Positions 49,817 to 58,936 of a DNA stretch of 64,000 nucleotides are shown in pieces; within the stretch, counting starts at the first letter, position 1, and each line of letters opens with the position of its first letter. The stretch comes from an uncultured bacterium. GTDB taxonomy: Bacteria > Auribacterota > Erginobacteria > Erginobacterales > Erginobacteraceae. The stretch spans positions 48,079 through 112,078 of the forward strand of contig CAWGIE010000017.1 of assembly GCA_963822585.1 (NCBI GenBank), in the 5' to 3' direction. A program made the translations under genes and the position numbers. The notes beneath the pieces were generated by a model. That model ran no database searches, was not told the DNA's origin, and worked only from the letters and a program-made list of their open reading frames with translations.

Positions 49817-51830
49817 CCCGACTTTCGCAATTGGGCCTTAAAAACAACTATTTTCGGGGGGTCAATTAACAGAAGTCATTGTACGACAACAACCGGATTT
49901 TTAAAAGTGTTTGTGGTACAGACCTACCCCCTTGTCAGGTACAGGGAGATTACTATATTTTGTCTCCACCATGTACCTGAAGTGTCATCGCCGATTCAAA
50001 GATGGGAAGGAACACCGCTACTGGAGCATTGCGGAGAAGCACCGCTGCCGGGGCGGTCGGGTGGTTGATCGCCACATCCTGTACCTGGGAGAGATTAACG
50101 ACAGTCAGCAAGAGTCCTGGTTACGGTGTATCGACGCATTCGATGTTAAGCAAAGGTGCCAGACGAAGCTGGCCCTGTTTCCATCTGATCGCGCCATACC
50201 GGAGTACGCGAGCGATCAGGGGGTGCAAGTTTGCCTGGAAGAGTTCACGCTGCGGCGGCCGAGGCAATGGGGAGCCTGTTGGGCATTTTGTCGGATCTGG
50301 GACGAGTTGGAACTGGATCGATTCTGGAGCGAGCGTCTGAAGGACAGCCGCAAAGGAACATCGTGGTACCGGGTATTAATGGTCCTGGCGGCGTATCGCT
50401 TGATTGACCCCGGCAGCGAGTGGCGCCTTCACCGGCAATGGTACAAGCGGAGCGCGATGGGAGATCTGCTGGGAGAAGATTTCTCCCTGGTCGCCAAGGA
50501 TAAACTTTATCGGTGTCTGGACAGGCTTCTGGAACACAAGGAGGATTTATTCAGTTTTCTGGCTGAGCGCTGGCACGATCTTTTCGGGATCACCTACGAC
50601 GTGATCTTATATGACCTGACCAGCACCTATTTTGAGAGCGACCCGCCTTTCGACAAGAACGATAAAAGGAGATATGGCTACAGCCGGGATCATCGGCCCG
50701 ATTGCGTGCAGGTAGTGATCGCCCTGGTGGTGACACCGGAAGGATTTCCCCTGGCCTACGAGGTTATGCCGGGGAACACCAGGGACAACGCCACCCTGCC
50801 GGATTTCCTGAAGAAGATCGAATCGAGATATGGCAAGGCCCGGCGGATCTGGCTGATGGATCGGGGGATCCCGACCGAAGAGCACCTGGCCTGGATGAGA
50901 GAACGGGGGATGCTTTACCTGGTCGGGACCCCCAAGGGAAGACTCACCAAACTGGAGAAAGAGTTGTTGAACCGGCCCTGGCAGGAAGCGAGACCGGAAG
51001 TTCAGGTCAAACTCTTGCCCCGTGATGATGATCTTTATGTCTGGGTGCAGAGCCGGCCCCGGGTGGGCAAGGAAAGATCGATGCGCCGGCGGCGGCTTAA
51101 ACGGCTGTGGGCGCGCTTGAAGGAATTGCGACGCCAGCGGCCGACATATGAAAACCTGCTTTTGAAGTTGGGCGGGGCAAAAAAAGATGCCGGACGGGTC
51201 TGGTCTCTGGTTGAGGTTGAATTGCCCGATCCTCCGGAGAAAAAGATGCGGTCCCGGCGGGTGTCATTCACCTACAGTCTCAACAAAGAGAAGCTGCGGG
51301 CGGTGCGCCGCAGAGAGGGGAGATATTTACTGCGTTCAAATCTGGTCGAGACCGACCCGGGGAAGCTCTGGGAGTTCTACCTGCTCCTGGTGGAAGTAGA
51401 GAATGCCTTCAAAAACCTGAAAGGCGATATGGCATTGCGTCCCATCTTCCATCAGAGAGAGGACCGGATCGAGGCCCATATTTTCCTCGCCTTCCTCGCG
51501 TACTGTATTCACGTTACCCTCCGCCAGAGGTTGCGGCAGAGAGCGCCGGGTCTGACGGTGAGGCAGGCGTTGGACAGTCTGGGGGCGATGCAGATGCTGG
51601 ACGTGCACTTCCCCACCACTGACGGCAGGGAGTTGATATTTACCCGGTATACCCAGCCGGAAAAGGAACAGCAACTACTGCTCAGCCAGCTGGACTGGCG
51701 GTTGCCGAAACAGCCTCCGCCGAAGATAACTGCAAAAAGAGCAGTGGAAATGTAGTACAGACCTTTGGGAAGGTTTTGTTGATTTGCAGGGAGTTACGAC
51801 TCAAAAATAGGTCCAATTGCGAAAGTCGGG
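49817..51830 (+). mobile_element. IS1634-family insertion sequence (~2.0 kb)
   Basis: 18-bp perfect terminal IRs CCCGACTTTCGCAATTGG / CCAATTGCGAAAGTCGGG, with TTAG duplicated on both sides. Confidence 0.93.
49971..51755 (+). CDS. IS1634-family DDE transposase
   Basis: KDGKEHRYWS, YDLTSTYFE, GYSRDHRPD, MDRG, VENAFKNLK..RPIFHQ..RIEAHIF. Confidence 0.95.
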   Translation: MYLKCHRRFKDGKEHRYWSIAEKHRCRGGRVVDRHILYLGEINDSQQESWLRCIDAFDVKQRCQTKLALFPSDRAIPEYASDQGVQVCLEEFTLRRPRQWGACWAFCRIWDELELDRFWSERLKDSRKGTSWYRVLMVLAAYRLIDPGSEWRLHRQWYKRSAMGDLLGEDFSLVAKDKLYRCLDRLLEHKEDLFSFLAERWHDLFGITYDVILYDLTSTYFESDPPFDKNDKRRYGYSRDHRPDCVQVVIALVVTPEGFPLAYEVMPGNTRDNATLPDFLKKIESRYGKARRIWLMDRGIPTEEHLAWMRERGMLYLVGTPKGRLTKLEKELLNRPWQEARPEVQVKLLPRDDDLYVWVQSRPRVGKERSMRRRRLKRLWARLKELRRQRPTYENLLLKLGGAKKDAGRVWSLVEVELPDPPEKKMRSRRVSFTYSLNKEKLRAVRRREGRYLLRSNLVETDPGKLWEFYLLLVEVENAFKNLKGDMALRPIFHQREDRIEAHIFLAFLAYCIHVTLRQRLRQRAPGLTVRQALDSLGAMQMLDVHFPTTDGRELIFTRYTQPEKEQQLLLSQLDWRLPKQPPPKITAKRAVEM

Positions 51831-51996
51831 TTAGGGGGAGGGTGATTCATTGCCCAGCATGATTGAATATAGGATCAATACAAAGTATATTCTTTCGTAA
51901 AGCCACATCACCTATATTAAGCGGAAAAGAACCTTCACCTTAAACCCGATTGATCCCGTTCCGTCTACAGGCCCGAATCAAGTAAGGAGACACGAA

Positions 51997-52344
51997 ATGC
52001 CTTTGATGATGTTGAAATTATCGATCCCTCTCCCGGATAAGAAGCGAAGCGAACTCATGGCCGCCGCGTCCCGGATCGTTGCCGGGAGCATCGGCAAACC
52101 CGAGCGGTACGTGATGGTCACGGTGGAGGAGACCCCCATTATCATGTCCGGCGAAGAAGGGCCGGCCGCCTTCGCCGACGTCCGGAGCATCGGCGGACTG
52201 GGTGGCGGGGTAAACGGGGAGATCGCCCGGAAACTCTGCGCCCTGCTGGAGGAAATGCTCGAGATCCCCCCCGGTCGGGTCTACCTCACTTTCACCGACG
52301 TTCCCGCGGCCGATTGGGGACATGACGGCGCCACCTTCGGCTGA
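51997..52344 (+). CDS. MIF/phenylpyruvate tautomerase family protein
   Basis: N-terminal Pro, IGKPERYVMV, VRSIGG, RVYLTF..WG..G.TF. Confidence 0.9.
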   Translation: MPLMMLKLSIPLPDKKRSELMAAASRIVAGSIGKPERYVMVTVEETPIIMSGEEGPAAFADVRSIGGLGGGVNGEIARKLCALLEEMLEIPPGRVYLTFTDVPAADWGHDGATFG

Positions 52345-52471
52345 CGCCGGCGGCCGCCAATTTTCCTTTACCTTCCTTTTATCCCTGCGGACTCAGAACA
52401 TCGTCCCGGTGGACGCGCGGGAGCCGTCTGCCCGACGTGGGCTGGAGGATGCCGCGACCCCCTTCCTTTTT

Positions 52472-53086
52472 CTATTCCGGGTGCTCGATCACTCTCATGG
52501 CTTTTTTTATCTCGTCAAGGGAGTGACCGGCGGCGCCGACGTAATCGTACCATTCCCGGACGGCCTCTTTCTGCGCCTCCGTCCGGGGGTGATCGGCAAA
52601 TGAGATCAGGTTGATGAAGGCTTCCTCCCGGGCAAAGGTGCGATGGTAGGGAGAGCGCTTTATCCACTGGACCAGAGGATCGTTTTCATCCGGGAAGGCC
52701 TGGGCGATGAACGGATCGTAATCGTGCAGCCGGCGATTGTGCAGGTGGAACATTTCGTGGAATACCCACTGTTCGTTGGAAATATCCCCCGGGAACCACT
52801 CTTTATCCACGCTGGGCAGATAGATCCCGGTGGGGAGATGACCCGTCGGGTCGGGGCCGGCGAATCCCTCCGGAGGATTCGGTTCGCCAAAAACCGTCGG
52901 CCGTTCAACGTCGGCCGTCACGACGATCACGACGTCGGGAAGAAAATGAACGGGGCAGAGGCTTTTCAGTTTGGCCAGGGACGTCTCGAAGGAATCGTCG
53001 GCGGCAAACAGACTCTGCCCGAACGCGCCACTTAACAATATAACTGATGAGATAATCGTTACCTGATTAGCCGTTATTTTCATCAT
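52472..53086 (-). CDS. Secreted hypothetical protein with HExxH motif
   Basis: Signal peptide, FHEMFHL and a downstream EE. Confidence 0.65.
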   Translation of the reverse strand: MMKITANQVTIISSVILLSGAFGQSLFAADDSFETSLAKLKSLCPVHFLPDVVIVVTADVERPTVFGEPNPPEGFAGPDPTGHLPTGIYLPSVDKEWFPGDISNEQWVFHEMFHLHNRRLHDYDPFIAQAFPDENDPLVQWIKRSPYHRTFAREEAFINLISFADHPRTEAQKEAVREWYDYVGAAGHSLDEIKKAMRVIEHPE

Positions 53087-53463
53087 TCACTCCCGATTTC
53101 CGTTTTCCGTCTTATCCTGGTGAATCGCCTCAGAAATAATTTATATTTATTTGTTCGCGATGACATTTTGAGGATTGCGATACGGTCTGAATGACCTTCC
53201 TTCATTTTTTCGATGACTCATCTATAAATTTTACACATCTACACCTAAATACAGCTCATACCACCCAATTGCTCTACTTTTCACTTTTACACGCCAGCGG
53301 TAAAGTAATGCTATTTACTCATAATATTTCCCCAGAGAGCGCCATAATACGATATTTATTGTCAACCAATAGTCCTGCCGCAGGACTTTTATATCTGTCA
53401 ACTTTTTCATCCGTCGTGCTCCCCTCAATTACTTATTTACGCAATTGATTTCTGAGACGGCTC

Positions 53464-53766
53464 CTAGAGCTTCACGCCAAAGAAGAGCCACCATAGGAAC
53501 CAAAGAATGCCCGCGATCGGCAGGGTATTGAGAAGGACGGCCAGCCCGGTCAGGGTCTTACGCTCTGACCGGGATGAAAGAGCGAGCACGGTTCCGACAA
53601 AATTGGCAATCAGAGCAAGCGGAGCGAGTATTTTTAAGAGGTCTCCCGTTCGGTCGAAGCTGAGATAGAGATCTTGAAATACGAAGAGGTAGAATCCGGC
53701 CCAGTATGCCAGGCAAAAGCCCGCGATCCAGAATGATGCGCGTATTTTCTTCATTCTGCTGCTCAT
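53464..53766 (-). CDS. Small 3-TM membrane protein
   Basis: Three hydrophobic helices; located in the cassette-like region. Confidence 0.6.
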   Translation of the reverse strand: MSSRMKKIRASFWIAGFCLAYWAGFYLFVFQDLYLSFDRTGDLLKILAPLALIANFVGTVLALSSRSERKTLTGLAVLLNTLPIAGILWFLWWLFFGVKL

Positions 53767-53991
53767 AGATCGCCGTGCTCAGTAGCCTCACCCACGTGCT
53801 TCAACGTTTTGCTCGCAAAAGACATCAATGGTTTTCCTCCAATAACAGCCGCCAGGGCAAACCCCGTGTATCAAAGCAAACGGAACATTATACTATTCCA
53901 TTTGTTGCAATTAACGTCATGCCTGATCCTCAAATCATTCCCCGCCCTGCGGAATGATTTGTAGGCGTCGATGCAAGCGTTCGAATCTTAA

Positions 53992-54219
53992 TCAAGCATG
54001 TGCCTTTTCGAGGTGTTTCGCAATGAGCACCTTGATCAGGGATTGACGGGGCACACCGAGCCGTTGTGCTTCCTTGTCGAGCGAATGGATCATCCAGACG
54101 GGGAAATCAACATTGACCCGCTTCTGCTCCTGTTCAGGACGCCGTGCTTTTGAAAAATCGAGATCTTTGGTAATGTCTTCGCCGGCATTAAACTTCTTGT
54201 CAAAATCTTTAGCTTTCAT
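53992..54219 (-). CDS. brnA: BrnA/CopG-like antitoxin
   Basis: MKAKDFDKKF...KRVNVDFPVWMIHSLDKEA..GVPRQSLIK; overlaps brnT. Confidence 0.9.
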   Translation of the reverse strand: MKAKDFDKKFNAGEDITKDLDFSKARRPEQEQKRVNVDFPVWMIHSLDKEAQRLGVPRQSLIKVLIAKHLEKAHA

Positions 54220-54469
54220 AAATCTCGATCTCCTCTTTTCTGGATCGACGAATGGAGATTATCCGGATCCTGTCCTTTCGAATCGTGATAACGCCGGACC
54301 AGTGTTTTGTTCCAATCTTGCCCATAACAACGTACCTGGGCTCATCCGTTGTGCGCGCAGGAATCTCGACCAGGTCCGGATCGTCCCACAGAGCCTGAGC
54401 CTCCGTGAAGTCGATCCCATGCTTGCGCTTGTTTGAGTCACTCTTCCCTTGATCGAACTCAAATTCCAT
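54209..54469 (-). CDS. brnT: BrnT (DUF497) toxin
   Basis: MEFEFDQGKSDSNKRKHGIDF..A..LW...EPRY...IRIISIRRSRKEE. Confidence 0.93.
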   Translation of the reverse strand: MEFEFDQGKSDSNKRKHGIDFTEAQALWDDPDLVEIPARTTDEPRYVVMGKIGTKHWSGVITIRKDRIRIISIRRSRKEEIEIYES

Positions 54470-54478
54470 GGTATCAAT

Positions 54479-54506
54479 AGTATACCTAGGAGGTATACGA
54501 TGTCAA
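54479..54506 (-). promoter_or_regulatory. brnTA promoter with overlapping operator palindrome
   Basis: TTGACA-16-TATACT on the minus strand; GTATACCT-N3-AGGTATAC at 54480-54498. Confidence 0.7.
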
Positions 54507-54525
54507 CCTAACTTTCTGTCATGAA

Positions 54526-54606
54526 TTTGAACGTGGGCCATGACGTGCTGAAGAATCCGCGCGGAGCGCTGGTTACTCCGTCGCCGTCGCAGGCCTTGCG
54601 CGACAG
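54526..54606 (-). other. Degenerate attC-like site
   Basis: Minus strand GTCGCGC-AAGGCCTGCGACG...CGTCATGGCC-CAC-GTTCAAA, an imperfect palindrome ending in GTT downstream of the thioredoxin gene. Confidence 0.5.
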
Positions 54607-54616
54607 AATGTTCCTC

Positions 54617-55480
54617 CTAATACTTGGACAGTTTATCTGAAAGCTCCAGTATGGTCGCGTTCAGCGTCTCGAACTTCTTTATGTTTTCCTCCGTGTTCTG
54701 GGGGTTCCCATTTAACCAGGCCGCCAACGCTTCTTCCGCTTTCTTCAGTTCTGCCTTCAGATTCTGATATTGTTTAAGATGATCAGCACCAAGTTGAGCA
54801 GCACGAAATTCCTGGGCCTGTGTTTTCAGGTCCACAATCTTTTGATTCTGTTCCTCAAGTTTCTGCTCCGCGGCGGAGATCTGCTGTTGGCAACGCTTGA
54901 TCGTTCCATCGCATTCCGAGATCTGATTGATGATGGCGAGATACTTGGATGCGGCATCTGGTTTGAGGGTTTTTACATACTCCCTGATGACAGCAGGTCT
55001 GTACCTGAAAAGTACCTTCAATTCCGCTATAAAACTTGCCGGTGTCTTTTCCTGGCCGGCTCCCAATCTTCCCAGTTCAGTCTCAGCGTCATCATCAAGT
55101 ACGACAAACGTTGGATACCCCTCAACATGGTACTTGGCCATGAGATCATCATTTCTTTCGACGTACTTTTCCGGGACGGCCTTCTTATCCTTGGGAAAAT
55201 CAATGATGACCATCAGAATGTTTGTCTTCGCATAATCCTGCCAATCCGGCTTGGAAAAGACATTTTTCTCCATCAGTTTGCACCAGCCACACCAGTCAGA
55301 GCCGGAGAAGTTCAGTAATATGGGCAATTGTTTTTCCTTCGCGAGTTTTCGGGCAGCGTCGAAATCCATGGTCCATTTGCCGGGTGTCACACCTGTCAGG
55401 TCGGTATCCGCGGAAACAAGACCCGTTATCATCGAAAACATCACTACGCCGAACAAAATGAATAGTAGCTTCTTGTTCAT
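54617..55480 (-). CDS. Exported thioredoxin-fold protein (WCGWC) with C-terminal coiled coil
   Basis: Signal peptide, NFSGSDWCGWC, GYPTF; AGGAG RBS, preceded by GTTCGAC. Confidence 0.9.
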   Translation of the reverse strand: MNKKLLFILFGVVMFSMITGLVSADTDLTGVTPGKWTMDFDAARKLAKEKQLPILLNFSGSDWCGWCKLMEKNVFSKPDWQDYAKTNILMVIIDFPKDKKAVPEKYVERNDDLMAKYHVEGYPTFVVLDDDAETELGRLGAGQEKTPASFIAELKVLFRYRPAVIREYVKTLKPDAASKYLAIINQISECDGTIKRCQQQISAAEQKLEEQNQKIVDLKTQAQEFRAAQLGADHLKQYQNLKAELKKAEEALAAWLNGNPQNTEENIKKFETLNATILELSDKLSKY

Positions 55481-55654
55481 GCCGCTCTTCTCTCCTTATT
55501 TGTGTCGAACACAGAACTTTATTTTCCCTTTTTCTTTTTCCGGCGCGCAGCGCCGCTTACGTAGAGTTCATTTGCTTTTGGCGCCGCATGGCCAACAAAA
55601 GTCGGGTGGAGTGTTGATTGTCCTGAACCGGAATTGAACATTTGTAAATCCGAT

Positions 55655-55890
55655 TTGATACCCTGAAAGGGTATCAACATTTTAGCCCGGGGTTTCACCC
55701 CGGGCTAATGTCGTCCCCAGCCCACCACCCCCCACTTTTCTCTCCTCCCTGACCTCGCCGCCCACCGACCCCAACCGTCCGGGCCGGCCCGGAGGTTTGG
55801 GCGGGAGGGGAACGGAGAGGATTTGGGTTTTGGAATGTTTAATACCCAGGGTTGTACCCTGGGCTATTATGTTTCACCCCGTTGGGGTGA
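55655..55890. repeat. REP-like multi-hairpin element (CCCTGAAAGGG / CCCAGGG..CCCTGGG / CACCCCGTTGGGGTG)
   Basis: Four short palindromes; related pieces at 59064-59150 and 59838-59947. Confidence 0.8.
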
Positions 55891-55916
55891 TTCTCCATCC
55901 TTTCCTCCCTTTTGGC

Positions 55917-56009
55917 GCATAACGGGGAGCTGAGTTGCCCGCCGAGATACGGTTGAGGCTGAGCGGACCCGCCGCGGGTGCGCGATAGCCTCCAACCGCT
56001 GGTTCGCTG
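55917..56009 (-). other. attC-like recombination site (apparently chimeric)
   Basis: Minus strand CAGCGAAC-CAG-CGGTTG(G)AGGCT...AGCCTCAACCG...GTTATGC, a palindrome with an extrahelical G. Confidence 0.7.
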
Positions 56010-56019
56010 CTTCTTCTTT

Positions 56020-56391
56020 CTAGAATCTTCCGCGCTTGTCGATTTTCATTGCGCCCATCACAAGCCATGTCTTCTTGACGAGGTGACAACATGCCCTGAC
56101 CTCGTATTGCCCTTGGTCCCAGACGTATTCCTTGATGGCTACATTTTGATTCTCTGGTTTGTCCTTGGGGTAGATCGTGAAAATGATCCCGTGATTCCAG
56201 CCTTTGGTTGGGGCGATGCCGATCGTGTATGACAGCTCGGCGGTCGGTGTGCCCAATTCCGTGATCATCTGCTGAATTGTTCTGCCGGTCCATTGGGGGA
56301 GGTTCTGGACTGGGGCATCTGTTTCCTCTCCGAAGGCGATGCCGGTCAGGGAGAGAATCGCACACAGAGCTGTAGCTATTATCGTCTTCAT
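56020..56391 (-). CDS. Secreted hypothetical protein in a gene cassette
   Basis: Signal peptide; GTTCGCTG just before the ATG and CAGCGAAC just after the stop. Confidence 0.75.
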   Translation of the reverse strand: MKTIIATALCAILSLTGIAFGEETDAPVQNLPQWTGRTIQQMITELGTPTAELSYTIGIAPTKGWNHGIIFTIYPKDKPENQNVAIKEYVWDQGQYEVRACCHLVKKTWLVMGAMKIDKRGRF

Positions 56392-56589
56392 CTTTTCAGC
56401 GAACGGAGAACTGAGCAGAGTCGACCTAATGCCGGGCGGTTTTTTGCCCGGCTATTAGGCCGATTTCTGCTCGAGCGGCTGGATAGGCGGAGCGCGGCGC
56501 GGCCTTTCCAGCTGATCGAGCAGCTCGCTGCTCAGCTCTCCGATAAGCGGATTCGCCGTCAGGCGAAAGCGAGCCTTAGCGAGCGGTCC

Positions 56590-56655
56590 GCTTATCGACA
56601 AGCTCACCCGCTTATACCCGCCGCACGGCGGGTATAAGTCGGGTGGAGCGACTGG
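56590..56655 (-). other. Body of the attC-like site interrupted by the IS110 element
   Basis: Minus strand CCAGTCGCTCCACCCGACTTATACCCGCCGTGCGGCGGGTATAAGCGGGTGAGC; rejoins with CTGCTAA at 58362-58368. Confidence 0.7.
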
Positions 56656-56751
56656 ATACTGTTTAAGGCCTCCTCCTTTATCATGCCTATTGGTATGATG
56701 AAGAGAACCGTTAAACCTCAACCCCCGACAAGCGGGGAAAGGAGGAGGCCG

Positions 56752-57795
56752 ATGAGATTCTACACCCAGCGACATAAATTTTACTGCGGGGTGGATCTGC
56801 ATGCAAGGTCAATGTATCTCTGCGTCATCGATCAGGAGGGGGATATTCTGGCCCACAAAAACATCCCGACGGACCGAGAGACTTTCATGAAGGTGATCGA
56901 GCCCTATAGAGAAGATATTGTTGTCGGGGTCGAATGCGTCTTCCTCTGGTACTGGCTGGCCGATCTCTGCACGGAGAAGGGAATCCCTTTTATCCTGGGG
57001 CACGCTCTCTACATGAAAGCTATTCACGGGGGGAAAGCAAAGAACGATAAAGTCGATTCCGAGAAGATCGTCCGGTTGATTAAGGGGGGGATGTTTCCAA
57101 TCGCGTACGTCTATCCCCGGAAGATGCGGGCTGACCGGGACCTGCTGCGGCGGAGGAGCTATTTTGTGCGGCGTCGGGCGGAGCTTTTAGCCCACATCCA
57201 GAATACCAACAGCCAATACAACCTTGAGCCGATCGGGAGAAGGCTTGACCGGAAGAAGAACCGGGAGGGGGTAGCCGAGCACTTTCCGGTCCCGGCGGTC
57301 CGCAAGAACGTGGAAGCGGACCTCCAACTGCTCGACTACTTCGATCTGGTGATCAAGGACCTGGAGAACTACATCGACCGGATGGTGAAGATTCACAATG
57401 CCCACGGTTATTATCTACTGCAAAGCGTCGATGGAATCGGGCCGATCCTGGCGACGACAATCCTGTATGAGATCGAAGACATAAAACGCTTTCCCCGGGT
57501 CCAGAAATTTTCTTCCTACGCCCGGCTGGTGAAGTGCGCCCGGGGCTCGGCCGGCAAGATTCAAGGATTCGGCGGGGGAAAGATCGGGAATGTCCATCTC
57601 AAGTGGGCGTTCTCGGAGGCGACGGCATTGTTCCTTCGGGGAAATCCCCGAGGGAAACAATATCTTAAACGCCGGGAGAAGAAACACGGGAAAGGAAAAG
57701 CGTTGTCGATTATAGGGGCACGTCTGGGAAGAGCGGTCTACTTCATGTTGCAACGGGGAGAACCATTTGACCGGGAGAAGTTTTACGCGTCATGA
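56752..57795 (+). CDS. IS110-family DEDD recombinase/transposase
   Basis: CGVDLH, VGVE, KNDKVDS, SVDGIG, GSAGK, GNVHLKWAFSEA; GGAGGAGG RBS. Confidence 0.95.
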   Translation: MRFYTQRHKFYCGVDLHARSMYLCVIDQEGDILAHKNIPTDRETFMKVIEPYREDIVVGVECVFLWYWLADLCTEKGIPFILGHALYMKAIHGGKAKNDKVDSEKIVRLIKGGMFPIAYVYPRKMRADRDLLRRRSYFVRRRAELLAHIQNTNSQYNLEPIGRRLDRKKNREGVAEHFPVPAVRKNVEADLQLLDYFDLVIKDLENYIDRMVKIHNAHGYYLLQSVDGIGPILATTILYEIEDIKRFPRVQKFSSYARLVKCARGSAGKIQGFGGGKIGNVHLKWAFSEATALFLRGNPRGKQYLKRREKKHGKGKALSIIGARLGRAVYFMLQRGEPFDREKFYAS

Positions 57796-57809
57796 ACCCC
57801 GACGTTGTC

Positions 57810-58110
57810 GGGGCGCAGAGGGAGGGGACGGACGAACCTAATTCCTAACTGGACCGTAGAGGGCGAGCGCTCATGAGGTCTCTGAAAGATACAGGTGCAT
57901 TGTATGTGGCGAAGACCACGGATGAGACCACGCGCCAATGCCCGGGAGCCTATCGATTGGATTGGAGGTCCGTCTCCCTCCCTCAACATAACGGAAGCAT
58001 CAAGGAGTACCGACATGTCCTGCCCCTCACCCGACCCCGGAACTAACTGGATGTGCGCCTCCGGCGCAGAACCCGCGGTTTGAATAGGGCGGTATGAGGG
58101 CCAGGTAATA
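57810..58110 (+). ncRNA. Candidate bridge/seek RNA of the IS110 element
   Basis: Two stem-enclosed domains (57818-57833 pairs with 57968-57984; 58022-58037 pairs imperfectly with 58087-58102), each containing CTAACTGGA. Boundaries approximate. Confidence 0.6.
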
Positions 58111-58373
58111 TTTCTAGGTCGCGGAGATGAATAAATCAGATCCGCAGTCGTCCGGCGCAAAAATATTCAGCGAATCGGATGATTGAGCCTCGATAGGGGT
58201 TTGGAGCGGGCATGTCCCGCAGCCAGCTGCGTTTGAGAAATCAAGTCAGGATGGTCGTTGCTTTTTGAGGCAGCCGGAAAAATAAACGTGGATGACGCTT
58301 TTTCCGCGACAGGAGGTTTTTGTCTATTTTTCTCTATTGACGTCCGGAGGCCTTATAAGGGTTAGCAGTTCTT

Positions 58374-58772
58374 TTATTCGTTGTCATCATCACCGATTAG
58401 CCATTGCTTCGGATCATCGACAGGACGTGGAAGCCGCCCTTCAGACCATTCAGCACAGAGATCTGGAGTAAAGTCCTGCTCTGTTGATTCGATCACCCAG
58501 GACAGGAATTGTTCTCCACCGTTCAGGTAAGGCGGAGGAGATACAGGCATGAAGATTGTCGGCAATCGTTCATCGATAGAAAGATAATTAAGCACATAAC
58601 CCAACTCCTGAACATGCCGCCAAGCCAATTCATGTTCCGTGTCAATCGTGAACTTCACCCACCAGTTCCCATTTTCGAAATCACCGCGGCCAATTGATTT
58701 TCGACCTGCAGGAAGATCAATTGCTGGCAGCCGTTCCAAGAATCTGAGTAAGTTGTCAAATTTGTCTGGCAT
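58374..58772 (-). CDS. Hypothetical protein in a gene cassette
   Basis: WWVKFTID..LAWRHVQELGYVLNY..PVSPPPYLNGG; GTTAGCAG before the ATG and CTGCTAAC after the stop. Confidence 0.8.
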   Translation of the reverse strand: MPDKFDNLLRFLERLPAIDLPAGRKSIGRGDFENGNWWVKFTIDTEHELAWRHVQELGYVLNYLSIDERLPTIFMPVSPPPYLNGGEQFLSWVIESTEQDFTPDLCAEWSEGRLPRPVDDPKQWLIGDDDNE

Positions 58773-58936
58773 ATTTTTTCTGCTAACGAATAGGTTGAAG
58801 GTTTAATATTGGAAAAATACAGAATGTTCCAATATTGCAATAGGCAGTTTGGGATTGAGATTGCTTCGTGCACTTTCGCTCCTCGCGATGGGCTTAATAA
58901 CCGGGGGACGCTTATTGAAAGGCTGCCATTGTTGAG

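Larger units (their letters stand above)
56656..58359 (+). mobile_element. IS110-family element with IS1111-like organisation
   Basis: Sub-terminal IRs TAAGGCCTCC (56664-56673) and GGAGGCCTTA (58346-58355), GG core on both sides, long 3' non-coding region. Confidence 0.88.

Noticed and set aside
53170..53460. AT-rich stretch with an 85-aa plus-strand ORF
   Set aside because: No RBS or motif; the minus-strand frames contain stops. Probably a decayed fragment that I cannot assign.
58788..58860. Possible attI site upstream of the first cassette
   Set aside because: A GTT core is present, but there is no adjacent integrase and no diagnostic sequence; cannot be supported.
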